From positions 3,488,001 through 3,552,000 of the forward strand of contig OZ241917.1 in NCBI GenBank assembly GCA_965203805.1: a DNA stretch of 64,000 bases, read 5' to 3'. Positions 10,273 to 20,362 of this stretch are shown piece after piece. Below the pieces are notes generated by a model. The model saw only the letters and a program-made list of their open reading frames with translations. It had not been told where the DNA came from and made no database searches. The translations under genes were made by a program, and so were the position numbers. Source of the DNA: Candidatus Latescibacterota bacterium. GTDB lineage: Bacteria; Latescibacterota; UBA2968; GCA-2709665. Numbering within the stretch: position 1 is the first letter of the stretch; every line of letters begins with the position of its first letter.

Positions 10273-11496
10273 CTAATTCCAATCCACCGGCGAATGCAAC
10301 TCTCCCAGAAGCACCCGCCGCACACGGTCCAGGCCGTGGATCACCGTCCACCGTCGAACCAGGTCCGAGTCATCGAAACGCCGCCCCTGCTCGTTCATAC
10401 TCAGCTCACCCGGGCCTCGAACCGCGATTACCGTCGAGTTCCCGTTGAAAGGACCGATCATCGCCAACCCCACGCCGCCTTCCGGCGCAACGCGCTCCGC
10501 CAGCACGCCGGCCATCGTCCGTTCATCGGCGCTTCGAGGCAATCCGCTCCGAGCGGCAGCCGTCGCCCGCTCGGCATCGCTCCCGTGCAAATCCGTGAAC
10601 ACGACGCTCCGGAATCCCGCCTCGCCCAACTCCCGAGACAGTTGACCGCCGGTAAGTCCGTCCACCACTCCCAGTTTCAGATTACGCTGTGTCAGGAGCC
10701 TGCCCACGACTTCGGCAACCGTCTCTTTCTCCACGCCGTAGACCGAAACACCCAGCCGGCGCCGCAGTTCGGCTTCCATACCGTCAATCAGCGCGTCGGC
10801 ATCCGCTTCCGAATCGGCCCTGGCTGTCACGCGAACGTCCGTCTGCCCCGCGTGCGCCGCCAGGCCGACCGACGGGTTCGAAGACGCCATCAGGTCGCCG
10901 ATGCCACGATCGATATTGCTTTCGCCAACCGCGCACGTCCGGAGGACCCGCACCCGGATGACCTTCACCCCGCCCATCCTTTCCACGAGCAGGGGCACGA
11001 CGGAATGCTCCATCATGTGCGCGAGTTCGCGGGGCACACCCGGCAGGCAGACAATGAACCCGCGCCCTTCCGTGTCTTCGCTCAGAAAACAGGGCGCCGT
11101 CCCAACGGGATTCTCCAGTGGCAGCGCGCCTTCCGGCAGGTACGCCTGCCGTTTGTTGTTTGCGGCCATTTCCCGCCCGAAGTTCCGGAACCGGGCGGCG
11201 ATCTGCGCCTCCAGGTCGTCGCTGTAAACCAGCTTTCGTCCGGTTGCGCGCGCGATCGCCTGCCGGGTCACGTCGTCAACCGTCGGCCCGATGCCGCCTG
11301 ACGTGATCACCACGTCCGACCTGTCCAGCGCGAGGTTGAGGACTTCGGTGATGCGTTCCTCGTTGTCTCCGACGGTGGTCTTGTAATAGAGGTCCATTCC
11401 GATATTTCGGAGCGCAACGGCCAGCAGATTCGCGTTCGTGTCGACGATTTCTCCCAGCAGAAGCTCGGTCCCGACCATAACAATCTCAGCGCGCAC
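10273..11496 (-). CDS. cinA: CinA family protein (molybdopterin-binding-like domain plus degenerate PncC-like domain)
   Basis: GTELLLGEIVDTN, VGDN, SGGIGPTVDDVT, NPVGTAP, LPGVPREL. Confidence 0.88.
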   Translation of the reverse strand: MRAEIVMVGTELLLGEIVDTNANLLAVALRNIGMDLYYKTTVGDNEERITEVLNLALDRSDVVITSGGIGPTVDDVTRQAIARATGRKLVYSDDLEAQIAARFRNFGREMAANNKRQAYLPEGALPLENPVGTAPCFLSEDTEGRGFIVCLPGVPRELAHMMEHSVVPLLVERMGGVKVIRVRVLRTCAVGESNIDRGIGDLMASSNPSVGLAAHAGQTDVRVTARADSEADADALIDGMEAELRRRLGVSVYGVEKETVAEVVGRLLTQRNLKLGVVDGLTGGQLSRELGEAGFRSVVFTDLHGSDAERATAAARSGLPRSADERTMAGVLAERVAPEGGVGLAMIGPFNGNSTVIAVRGPGELSMNEQGRRFDDSDLVRRWTVIHGLDRVRRVLLGELHSPVDWN

Positions 11497-11517
11497 AATT
11501 CCCCCTCAAGCTATTAA

Positions 11518-11675
11518 GAAGCGGTGAGACGTAAGAGGGTAGACGGTAGAGGATAACATTTACAGCAGAGTTTCCACACAAACCGTGCCTGCTAATTTAC
11601 CGTTATCGTAACGACTGGAAAAACCATAGGGCACTGGTATCATCTCACGTCTCCCTTCTCACGTCTCCCCCCTCT
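11518..11675. repeat. Small element with inverted GAGACG(T/G) heptamer arms
   Basis: GTGAGACGTAAGAGGGTAGACGGTAGAG ... CATCTCACGTCTCCCTTCTCACGTCTCCCC; related to copies at 41875-42185. Confidence 0.65.
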
Positions 11676-11686
11676 TCAGGTGCTCT

Positions 11687-13276
11687 TCATCGAAAGATCG
11701 GCGCCGCGGCCGGTTCGATCGCCACGTTCACGCACGCGGGGAGGCCGGATGCCACCGCGTCGTTCAGCGCGTCCGGGAGATCCGCCGCCTCGTCCACAAA
11801 CGCGCCGTACCCGCCAAGCGCCTCCGCCACCCGTTCGTACCGCGTCGCGAGCAGATCGCATCCCACGGTACGATCTGCGCCGTAGATTTCGACCTGGAGT
11901 TGATGCTCGGCATTCCACCTTGCGTCGTTTCCGACGATGACGACAACCGGAAGCCCGTAGCGCAATGCCGTATCCAGTTCCATCGCATGATAACCGAATG
12001 TCCCGTCTCCCAGCAAAACGAATACCGTCCTGTCCGGATGCGCCAGCTTTGCCGCCAGACCCATCGGGAGCGCGCTCCCGATGGCGCCGGACGGTCCGTT
12101 GATCAACCGGGTCTCCGCCGCCAGTCCCGCCTGCGCCCATTGCCCGAATTCCCCGCCGTCGCTCACGAATACCGCCCCGGCGTCCAGGTACGGCTGTACC
12201 GCTTCGCATACGGCCAGCGGATGCAAGGGGCCTGCCGTCCCCCGCGACCGCCCGTCCCACTCCGATGGCGCGGCGCTCCGGGACCTTTCCACCACCGACC
12301 GCCACTTCCCGTTGTTCCACGACCGCGCGGACGCCCCGGCCGAAAGCCGACGGGTCGTCTCCCACGGGTCAGCGCACTGGCGCAGCGCCACGCAGGCGTC
12401 GCCGCGCAACGCGCTCGGGTCAGCGTCGATCTGGATGAAACGCCGCTGTTCGGAAAAGAAAGGCGGCTGACCGAATCGCAGCGAAAAATCCAGTTTCTTG
12501 CCCAGGAGCAGCACGACGTCGGCCTCCTCCAGACACACCGCCGCCCGTCGAAGCGCGGGATCGTTCACGCCGCGCGGGCTTTCCATGGGCAGCGCGGGAA
12601 TTCCTGTTGTATCCACCAGCTCTTGCACGGCCGACCAGCGTTGCGCCCGCGCCATCGCGGGCCCTGCCAGGATCAGCGGCCGCTCCGCGTGCTCCAGCAG
12701 ATCCAGCACGGCGCCCGGATCGGCGTCCGCCGCATCCTTCGCAGGTTCCGGTTGGTCAGCGCTTGTACACGGCGCCGATGCCTCCAGGACGTCGGACGGC
12801 AAACTCAGGTGCACCGGCCCCGGACGGCCGGATACGGCCAGCCCCAGCGCCCTCGACAGGCCGCTCGCCAGATCTTCACGTCTCGCCACCCGCCAGGATG
12901 CCTTGGCCACGGGACGCGCGGCCGCCGCCTGGTCCACCTCCTGAAACGCCCCCCTCCCGATCTGGGCCTCGGGGCAATGTCCGCTCAGCATCACCACGGG
13001 AGACTCCGCCATCAACGCCACGTAGAGCGCCGACAGCCCGTTGCAATGACCGGGGCCCGCCGTCAGCAGCGCGACGCCGGGCTCGTCGGTCAGCCGTCCC
13101 CAACCGTCCGCCATATGCACCGCCGCTGCTTCGTGCCGGGTGTGGATCAGTTCGATATCCCGCCCGATGGTCGCATCGTAAACCGGTAGGATCTGATTGC
13201 CCGACAGCGAGAACAGATGTTTCACTCCGGCCGCCGTCAACCCGTCGACGAGCACCTCCGCGCCGGTCATTGACAT
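11687..13276 (-). CDS. Thiamine pyrophosphate-dependent enzyme (acetolactate synthase-like)
   Basis: RHEAAAVHMADG, TAGPG, FQEVD, GDGTFG...GNDARW TPP motif. Confidence 0.9.
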   Translation of the reverse strand: MSMTGAEVLVDGLTAAGVKHLFSLSGNQILPVYDATIGRDIELIHTRHEAAAVHMADGWGRLTDEPGVALLTAGPGHCNGLSALYVALMAESPVVMLSGHCPEAQIGRGAFQEVDQAAAARPVAKASWRVARREDLASGLSRALGLAVSGRPGPVHLSLPSDVLEASAPCTSADQPEPAKDAADADPGAVLDLLEHAERPLILAGPAMARAQRWSAVQELVDTTGIPALPMESPRGVNDPALRRAAVCLEEADVVLLLGKKLDFSLRFGQPPFFSEQRRFIQIDADPSALRGDACVALRQCADPWETTRRLSAGASARSWNNGKWRSVVERSRSAAPSEWDGRSRGTAGPLHPLAVCEAVQPYLDAGAVFVSDGGEFGQWAQAGLAAETRLINGPSGAIGSALPMGLAAKLAHPDRTVFVLLGDGTFGYHAMELDTALRYGLPVVVIVGNDARWNAEHQLQVEIYGADRTVGCDLLATRYERVAEALGGYGAFVDEAADLPDALNDAVASGLPACVNVAIEPAAAPIFR

Positions 13277-13323
13277 GGAATGCTTCCTTCCTTAGCCCGT
13301 TGCGGGCGCACAACCCGATCAGG

Positions 13324-14547
13324 CTACGTTCCCGGACCCGGACGCATCGGCTCGAACCTGCCCCTGATCAGAGCGTTCATCTCACGCGCCCTGCGCAATG
13401 TCTCCGCAACTTCCTCTTTCAGGTCTTCCGGCCAGTAGACCGTACCCTTGCGGACCGTCGCCACCGGCTGAATCATACGTGCGCCCATCTCCAGGTTGTC
13501 CGCGACATCCCGAAACTCGAACGCGCCTTCCCGGACCTCGAACGCCGCCAGGTCCGCCACGGTCCCGACCTTCAGCGTTCCCAGCTCGTCTTCCCGGCCG
13601 ATCGCCGCGGCCGGCGCCGCCGTTGTCTGGTAGACGACCTCCGGAAGCTCCATGCCGAGGTTCAGCATCTTGGAGGCCGTTTCGGGCAGGCTGTGAACCG
13701 GATCGTTCAGACAATGCACGTGCAGATCCGTGCTGATCACGTCGGAAGGGAATCCCTGCGCAAGGGCTTTCTTTGCAACATCGAATAAAAAACTGCCGCC
13801 GCCGTGGCCCAGGTCGAACAGGACGCCCCGTTCCCGTGCCTCCCACACCTCGGGAATAACCGTCTCTTCGTTACCGAGGATGGTATCACCGCCGCCGTGA
13901 TAACAGTGGGTGACAATATCGCCCGGCCGGACCTCACCCAGCACATCCGGAAGCGGAACGCCTGCACCGGCGTGTACCATCACCCTGGAATTCGAGAACT
14001 CGGCGGCTTTCACCGCGAGCTTCAGGGGCGCAACGCCGTTTTCGCCCACCTGGTGACTGCCCTCGCGCACCTTCACGCCCACGCAGAGTTCCGGCCACGT
14101 ACCAATCACATATGCCGTGCGTTCCGGGTCCGCGTACCTCATGTCCACCATTTCACCCACGGGTCCATAGGTCAATCCGATGCCGCTGATGTGAACGAAG
14201 GTGAGGACCTGCGTCCGCGCCGGCGCCGCCACGTAATCCCGAAAGCCCATAAAGTTCGCCCATCCCGGGCTGCCCGCATCCACGACCGTGGTCACGCCCG
14301 TTGCCAGGCACAGCGCGTCCGCCCGGATGCCCCAGGTGGTGGCGCCCGCGTAGATGTGGGTATGGATATCGATCCAGCCCGGTGTGAGTATCCTGCCGGC
14401 GAGATCAACCGTCTCTCTGGCAGGCTCGGCGATCTCCTTCTCAACAGCGGCGATCGTTTCGCCGCGGATCGCCACGTCATAGACCCCGTTCAACCCCTGG
14501 GCGCCGTCAATCACGGTGCCGCCTTTCAACACCAGATCGTAGACCAT
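13324..14547 (-). CDS. Amidohydrolase/deacetylase (dihydroorotase-like) metallohydrolase
   Basis: PGWIDIHTH, GVTTVVDAGS, DLGHGGGSF, ISTDLH. Confidence 0.88.
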   Translation of the reverse strand: MVYDLVLKGGTVIDGAQGLNGVYDVAIRGETIAAVEKEIAEPARETVDLAGRILTPGWIDIHTHIYAGATTWGIRADALCLATGVTTVVDAGSPGWANFMGFRDYVAAPARTQVLTFVHISGIGLTYGPVGEMVDMRYADPERTAYVIGTWPELCVGVKVREGSHQVGENGVAPLKLAVKAAEFSNSRVMVHAGAGVPLPDVLGEVRPGDIVTHCYHGGGDTILGNEETVIPEVWEARERGVLFDLGHGGGSFLFDVAKKALAQGFPSDVISTDLHVHCLNDPVHSLPETASKMLNLGMELPEVVYQTTAAPAAAIGREDELGTLKVGTVADLAAFEVREGAFEFRDVADNLEMGARMIQPVATVRKGTVYWPEDLKEEVAETLRRAREMNALIRGRFEPMRPGPGT

Positions 14548-14606
14548 AGCCCCGATTCCTTGCTCGAAATGCCGGTACTCCCGCGTCCTTTCGGGATCCG
14601 GTTGTT

Positions 14607-15341
14607 TCACCGGCGCAGGACGGTATGGAACCGCTTGACCAGCAGAGCCAGAGCCAATCCGTTTACCACCAGTCCGACCAGTCCGTACACAACGTATCCT
14701 TTGCCGGACGCAACCAGCCAGAACATCTTCATCGGCCAGTAGGTAGGCACCAGACCGGCGAGATACTGCCAGTCGGACACCACAAAAAAAGCGATCACGG
14801 GAATCATGGTGATCGCGTTCAGGATCTTTACGAAAGCGAACCCGGTTACCTTGTTCTCCGCAAAACCCGCCAGCGCGAGCGCGGTAATCGGGGCATTGAA
14901 CGAAGCCAGCAGCGACACCGCCGCCAGATCGGACAACGAGACCGGCAGCAGACCGATCAGGCGATAACCGGCAATCGTAATGACGAAGCCGGACACCAGT
15001 GGAATCGTGATCCTGTAGGCCAGATACCCGTCCGCCGACGCGGGTGTGACCATTAGCGCCGTAAGCATCCGGTCATCCCGCTCGTCCAGCAGAAGAAAGC
15101 CGATTACCGTGCCGATCATCCCCGGCGCCGTCATCACGTAGGTGCTCATCAGCAGGGGGTAATACGGCCTCAGATCAAATGCATGGACCTCGAGCAGCCA
15201 GTCGGCCAGCGACGGCAGTCCGAATCGATACAGGGCGGCGATCAACAACGGCATGGCGGCCATCCAGGCCAACAGCCTGTCGCGCTTCACGTTCCTGAAA
15301 TCAACCCAGCCGAGGGATCGATAGGCAGCCAGCATCTGCAA
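14607..15341 (-). CDS. ABC-2 exporter permease (Rv2686c-like)
   Basis: GFLLLDERDD, ALMVTP, AENKVTGFA, PTYWP. Confidence 0.75.
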   Translation of the reverse strand: MQMLAAYRSLGWVDFRNVKRDRLLAWMAAMPLLIAALYRFGLPSLADWLLEVHAFDLRPYYPLLMSTYVMTAPGMIGTVIGFLLLDERDDRMLTALMVTPASADGYLAYRITIPLVSGFVITIAGYRLIGLLPVSLSDLAAVSLLASFNAPITALALAGFAENKVTGFAFVKILNAITMIPVIAFFVVSDWQYLAGLVPTYWPMKMFWLVASGKGYVVYGLVGLVVNGLALALLVKRFHTVLRR

Positions 15342-15356
15342 GGATCGGTACTCCCG

Positions 15357-16067
15357 CTATACGCCCGCTTCGCGGACGACGAACCGGTAAAACCGGCGCC
15401 GCGCAATGGCAAAGCCAACACCGGTCCATGCAATCGCCGCCGCGATCGAAAGAACCGTCTCCACGATGCCGGTTGGACGAAATGCCGCCCGCATCAGTTC
15501 CATGGCCGGCTCCAACGGATGAAAAACGAAGATCGACCGGTCCGCCAGTCCGAAATGCGGCAGCAGAGGCAGCAGCAGCGCCGTCACGTAGAGGACGGAA
15601 GGAATCAGGAACGCGTTGATCGAACCATACCGCACAACCACGATAAACCCCGCCAGCGAGTAAATCGCCCCCATCACGAATGCGCCCGCCAGCAATGGCG
15701 CCCAGTTTCCGCGGACTCCCAGAACGACCACGACGATCAACAGGCTCTCCACGATCGCCAGCAGCGTCAATGAAACGACCTTCGAGACCAGGTACTCCAG
15801 GTCTCGAAGGGGCGTTGCCGCCAGCGAGGTCAGAATGCCCTCGCTCTTCTCGATCAGAACCAGACCGCTGATGAAGTAAAACGTCGTAACATAGAGGTTG
15901 ATTGCGAAAAATGCCGGCACGACGACACCGGCATCCGCTCGCCCGATTCCCGGTATCAGGCTGAACAGCGCTCCCCAGAACAACACCATGCCGACGCCAA
16001 CCGCATAGAACTTATACCTGTACTGCAACATCGCATCCCGGCGGAGAACCGAAAACAGGCGCTTCAT
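15357..16067 (-). CDS. ABC-2 exporter permease (Rv2687c-like)
   Basis: LQYRYKFY, LIEKSEG, TPLRDLEYLVSK. Confidence 0.75.
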   Translation of the reverse strand: MKRLFSVLRRDAMLQYRYKFYAVGVGMVLFWGALFSLIPGIGRADAGVVVPAFFAINLYVTTFYFISGLVLIEKSEGILTSLAATPLRDLEYLVSKVVSLTLLAIVESLLIVVVVLGVRGNWAPLLAGAFVMGAIYSLAGFIVVVRYGSINAFLIPSVLYVTALLLPLLPHFGLADRSIFVFHPLEPAMELMRAAFRPTGIVETVLSIAAAIAWTGVGFAIARRRFYRFVVREAGV

Positions 16068-16918
16068 GTCAACGTTCTCCCGGTCACCTTAACGAAGATA
16101 TCTTCCAGCGTGGTCTCCTGGGTATGCATCGTCTGAATGGACGCGGCGCTCAGGATTTCCAGAAACCCCGGATGATCCGCCAGCCCTTCCAGAGGGAATT
16201 CCGTCCGCTGCAGGCAGCCGTCCGCAAGGGTTTCCACGCACAGCGTTCGCCGGCCGTATCGCAGCTTCAACGCCCGAGGCGCGTCGACCAGCCGGATGTC
16301 GCCGTCCACGATGAACGCCACGCGATCGCAGAGTTCATCCGCCACGGCCATATCGTGGGTTGTCAGGAATACCGTGGCGCCGGCGTCACGCTGCTCCCGG
16401 ATCAGGTCCCGGATCCGGCGGCTGCTCACCGGGTCCAGGCCCGCCGTGGGCTCATCCAGAAAGAGGAGTTCCGGTTTGTTCAGCAGCGCCCGCGCGACGT
16501 TCAACCTCCCGCGCATCCCCCTGGAAAACTGCCCGACGCGTTTGTCGCCGTCTTCCCCGAGCCCGACCAGGTCCAGAAGGCGCCGCGGAGATTCCGTTTG
16601 CCCGGTGTAGAGCGTGCGGAAATAGCGGAGATTCTCCAGGGCCGTCAGTTTCAAATAGTGGTTCGGGACCTCGAACGAGACCCCGATCCGCTCGTAATAC
16701 CTGTTGTCCCAGGATCCGAGATCCCGCTCGAAGACCAGAACCCGGCCGGTGTATTCCCGAAGAAGCCCGATCAGCACTTTCTGCGCGGTGCTCTTGCCCG
16801 CCCCGTTGGGGCCGAGGAAGCCGAAAATCTCCCCCTTCTCAACCTTGAAATCAACCGAGCGCACCGCCGCCGCCGCCGCGCCCGGATAGACGTAGGTCAA
16901 TCCCTCGGCTTCAATCAT
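16064..16918 (-). CDS. ABC exporter ATP-binding subunit
   Basis: GPNGAGKST, FSRGM, LFLDEPTAGLD, TTH. Confidence 0.93.
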   Translation of the reverse strand: MIEAEGLTYVYPGAAAAAVRSVDFKVEKGEIFGFLGPNGAGKSTAQKVLIGLLREYTGRVLVFERDLGSWDNRYYERIGVSFEVPNHYLKLTALENLRYFRTLYTGQTESPRRLLDLVGLGEDGDKRVGQFSRGMRGRLNVARALLNKPELLFLDEPTAGLDPVSSRRIRDLIREQRDAGATVFLTTHDMAVADELCDRVAFIVDGDIRLVDAPRALKLRYGRRTLCVETLADGCLQRTEFPLEGLADHPGFLEILSAASIQTMHTQETTLEDIFVKVTGRTLT

Positions 16919-17484
16919 GAAACGCTCGCACGACGGACTTCGGGTTCAACCTGAATACGCTCTCTCTCCGCGCCCGCTTTCGTCAGATATTTCTGAAAGA
17001 ACTCCCGTGTCGAGAGGCCGGATTCCCTGTATATCCGATGGATGTCCACCCGGTCCACGTCGTCTCCCCACGGCCAGATCCGGTCCTGTAGACAGACCAC
17101 GCCGCCGACCCCGTCGAAGGCGTCCTGAATCCACCGGCGATGCCACCAGACGAAGGGTTCCGGCAGGTGTTGAGGCGAATAAAAGCCCGCTTCGATAACC
17201 TCCTCCGGTTGCGGTGTCAAACCCTGGCTTCGAGGAACGCCGGCGAAGACTATCGAATGATTGCCTCCTTCACGCCACCTGGGGCTGGAATAGATCCCCA
17301 CCAGCCGCGTCAACTCGATTTCGATCCCGGTTTCTTCCCTGACCTCCCGGATTGCCGTTTCGGCAATGGTTTCTCCCGGCTCGCCATTCCCGCCCGGAAG
17401 GGCCCAGGCATCGCAGTCCTTCCGTTTGATCAGCAGCACATTGCCCGAAGCACTGACAACCGCGCTCGCTCCGATCGTCGGCAT
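16915..17484 (-). CDS. NUDIX hydrolase
   Basis: Nudix box PGGNGEPGETIAETAIREVREETG. Confidence 0.9.
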   Translation of the reverse strand: MPTIGASAVVSASGNVLLIKRKDCDAWALPGGNGEPGETIAETAIREVREETGIEIELTRLVGIYSSPRWREGGNHSIVFAGVPRSQGLTPQPEEVIEAGFYSPQHLPEPFVWWHRRWIQDAFDGVGGVVCLQDRIWPWGDDVDRVDIHRIYRESGLSTREFFQKYLTKAGAERERIQVEPEVRRASVS

Positions 17485-17555
17485 ACTGTCTCCTTAATAA
17501 CATGCCACTCAAGACACTCCCTGACTCCACAGCCAACACAGGAGGCGTACTCCGG

Positions 17556-18347
17556 TCAATTCCGCCGGAAATGCGGATGTTGCATCACCTCCTGCTCCGC
17601 CTCTGTCATATCCAGAATATAATCGGGATACGTTACCGTATGCGCGCCCGCCCCGTACGCCTGGAATGAGGGACTGAACTTGTACAGCAGGGCCCGCCGT
17701 TGATGGTCGGCCGTCCACGGCAGCGTCCCGTGGGTCAGCGTCTCCGTAAAAATCACCACGTCGCCGGCGTTCCCGTTGACCTCCACCACGTGTTCCTGGT
17801 ATTTCTCACCCCGAGTCAACTCCCTCGGGCACGCCAGATTCGCCTTGTGGCTGCCCGGCAACACCACCACACCCCCGTCGCCCGGCCCCTCGTCCGCCAG
17901 CAGATATTCCACGACCGTCAGCCCGCAGTAGATGCGCCCGCTCTTGAAAAAATACGCCTCGGAAAGATCCGGGCGTTCCACGCCTCCCCCGTGCAGCGTA
18001 CCCCCTTCGCAGCCCCTGTCCATGGCAATCAGTCCGGGCCCGTGGTCCAGCCGGTATCCCTTGCCCAGAATCACGTGCAGATAGGGCATGACTCGGGGAT
18101 GCACGAGCATCGCCCTGAAGGGTTCACACCACGGCCTCTCCCATGCCAGCATTCCGCCCAGATCCATCCTGTTCGACGAACCGCCAAGCGCCGGCGCGCC
18201 TATCGTGAGCGACCCCTCCCTCTCCCTGAGCTGATCGGCATGGCGATCGATCGCCTCGTTGCAGCGGTCGACTTCCTCCGATGTCAGGACGTCTTTGAGC
18301 ACCAGGTACCCGTTCAGATCGAATAGATATTTCTCATCGTCGGTCAT
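17556..18347 (-). CDS. PhyH-family Fe(II)/2OG oxygenase (HxG variant)
   Basis: YLFDLNGYLVL, TLHGGG, LPGSHK, GDVVIF, LTHGT. Confidence 0.85.
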   Translation of the reverse strand: MTDDEKYLFDLNGYLVLKDVLTSEEVDRCNEAIDRHADQLREREGSLTIGAPALGGSSNRMDLGGMLAWERPWCEPFRAMLVHPRVMPYLHVILGKGYRLDHGPGLIAMDRGCEGGTLHGGGVERPDLSEAYFFKSGRIYCGLTVVEYLLADEGPGDGGVVVLPGSHKANLACPRELTRGEKYQEHVVEVNGNAGDVVIFTETLTHGTLPWTADHQRRALLYKFSPSFQAYGAGAHTVTYPDYILDMTEAEQEVMQHPHFRRN

Positions 18348-18454
18348 GTCATCCCTCCTCGGGTTCCTTCAGTGAGACTTCAGCGCAGAGTACGCGCCTG
18401 TCAATTTACGCTGCCTGCGTGCGGCCAGGGGTTGAAATCCCCCGGCGCTCACGA

Positions 18455-18919
18455 TTATTTGTACATCTGAATCGAGAACATCCCATAACCATGCCGCTCA
18501 TAGAATCGAACCGTGCGCATCCAATCCACGTTATTCGAACCCACCATCGAGCGGTTGATTCCTTCCGACTCCGATCTCGACAGCAACGTCGCAACGAGCC
18601 GGTCTCCTACGCCCTTTTCGCGGTGGTCGGCATGGACAAAGACCTCGTGAACGTGCAGGTATCGCTCGCCCTCGGGTTTGAATATCGAATATTTCCCGAC
18701 TTTCACGACTCCCGAAGCGTACGCGATGACGACACCTTCATGCTCACCGACCAGAAAATAGCCGCCGTCAAGCCAGGACTGAAGATGCTTGTCGCCTTCC
18801 ACCAACGCGACATAGCCGATTGTACAACCTTCCTCAGCCCAGAGTTTCGACAAACCGATGACCGAACGTACATCGTCAGTTCCTGCCGGCCTGACTTTAT
18901 ATCCTGAAGCATCGCTCAC
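18455..18919 (-). CDS. GNAT acetyltransferase
   Basis: VFVHADHREKGVG, FYERHGY. Confidence 0.8.
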   Translation of the reverse strand: MSDASGYKVRPAGTDDVRSVIGLSKLWAEEGCTIGYVALVEGDKHLQSWLDGGYFLVGEHEGVVIAYASGVVKVGKYSIFKPEGERYLHVHEVFVHADHREKGVGDRLVATLLSRSESEGINRSMVGSNNVDWMRTVRFYERHGYGMFSIQMYK

Positions 18920-19090
18920 CTTCTTCTTGTCTCCAAATCAACACACCGGGAACCGCGCATTTTCTCATCGCGCTGTCAAGCCCTCGACGTCTAAGCGGCC
19001 CGGCGGCACCTTGCCATGAATCTGCAACCCCTCGTTCGACGTGACCTTTCCCTCCGGCACTTTCGCCCCGATCGCCAATTGACATTCGCC

Positions 19091-20140
19091 CTATCGACTG
19101 ACAACGTTCTGGCGATAATCACCGTGCGAAATCAGTTCCGGCGCATAGGCGAACAGCGCGGGGTTTCCCCCGGTGTGCACGTAGACGACAGTGGATCCAG
19201 ACGGAATCTCCCCCGAACGGATGCGGTCGATCACCCCGGACATGGCCTTGCTGGTATATACAGGATCCAGAAGGATCCCCTCCGTCCGCGCCAGCAGGTG
19301 CAATGCGTCCAGGCCCGCCTCGGTTACAATCCCGTAGTTCTCGCCCACGTATGCGTCCGTGTTCTCCATTTCATCGGCCGTCATTCGAACGTCCAGCTCC
19401 ATCAGCGCCGCCGTTTCGTTGGCCACTTCGGCAAGCTGCGCCCGGCGTTGCGCCTCGTTTCCCCGGCTCGGCGAGAATCCCTGCGCGCGGACCGGCAATC
19501 CCAGCGCTTTCACACCCAACGCCAGCCCCGCGTGCGTGCCGTGACCGGATGCCGTACAGATAAAGTCTGTCTGCGCGTCCATGGCTTCCATCTGCGCAAA
19601 AATCTCCAGCGCGCACCCGACGTACGCCACCGTGCCCAGCACGACCGCCCGCCGCCCGATGAGATAGGGCACCTCTCCCTGCGCCCTGAGTTCTTCCATG
19701 ACTTCCTTCTTCACGTCCTCCTGGCTCACGCCCTCGGCAACCAGCCGGACGTCCGCGCCAAGGATATTGTCCAGAAGTTGATTTCCCTGGATGCCCATCA
19801 GGCTCCGATGATCGTGACGGTTCACCAGCACGCATTTCATTCCAAGTTTCGAGGCTGCAGCCGCCGCCTGCCGCGCGTGATTCGACTGCGAGGCCGCACC
19901 CGTCACCAGGGCCGTGGCCCCGTTCGCTACCGCGTCGCCAAGAGCGAGGCTGAACTTCCGCGTCTTGTTCCCGCCGAACGCGAGACCGGTCAGATCGTCC
20001 CGCTTCACGAGCACCCGTACTTTCCCGCCCAGCGCCTCCGAGAACCTGGGGCAATCGTGCAGCGGCGTGGGAAGTTCGGCCAGGGCCGTTTTCGGCAAAC
20101 GATCGATAACAGCCTTCAGCTCCTCAGCACTTACAGCCAT
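19091..20140 (-). CDS. D-cysteine desulfhydrase/ACC deaminase family PLP enzyme
   Basis: KRDDLTG, GGNKTRK, QSNHAR, LDPVYTSKA, HTGG. Confidence 0.9.
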   Translation of the reverse strand: MAVSAEELKAVIDRLPKTALAELPTPLHDCPRFSEALGGKVRVLVKRDDLTGLAFGGNKTRKFSLALGDAVANGATALVTGAASQSNHARQAAAAASKLGMKCVLVNRHDHRSLMGIQGNQLLDNILGADVRLVAEGVSQEDVKKEVMEELRAQGEVPYLIGRRAVVLGTVAYVGCALEIFAQMEAMDAQTDFICTASGHGTHAGLALGVKALGLPVRAQGFSPSRGNEAQRRAQLAEVANETAALMELDVRMTADEMENTDAYVGENYGIVTEAGLDALHLLARTEGILLDPVYTSKAMSGVIDRIRSGEIPSGSTVVYVHTGGNPALFAYAPELISHGDYRQNVVSR

Positions 20141-20362
20141 GGATTCCTCCATCCGGAATGTGGGACCGGGAGTCGCGGACCGACCCCGTTTCCCGCAATC
20201 GATGCGTGACGTTTCCACCGCAGCCGGCGGTGTTGGCAAAATGGCACAGTTTCACCGGGAAGTCAAAGAAAAAGGGTGTTGTGCGCCTGCCTTCAATTCC
20301 ATTGTGTCGGCCCCGGTCGATTTCTATATTCGGGAAACCGCAGCCCAATCATGGAGGTATGA

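Noticed and set aside
10057-13788. Long plus-strand ORFs of 390-430 aa
   Set aside because: Antisense to cinA and the TPP enzyme; Arg/Pro-rich, non-protein-like composition
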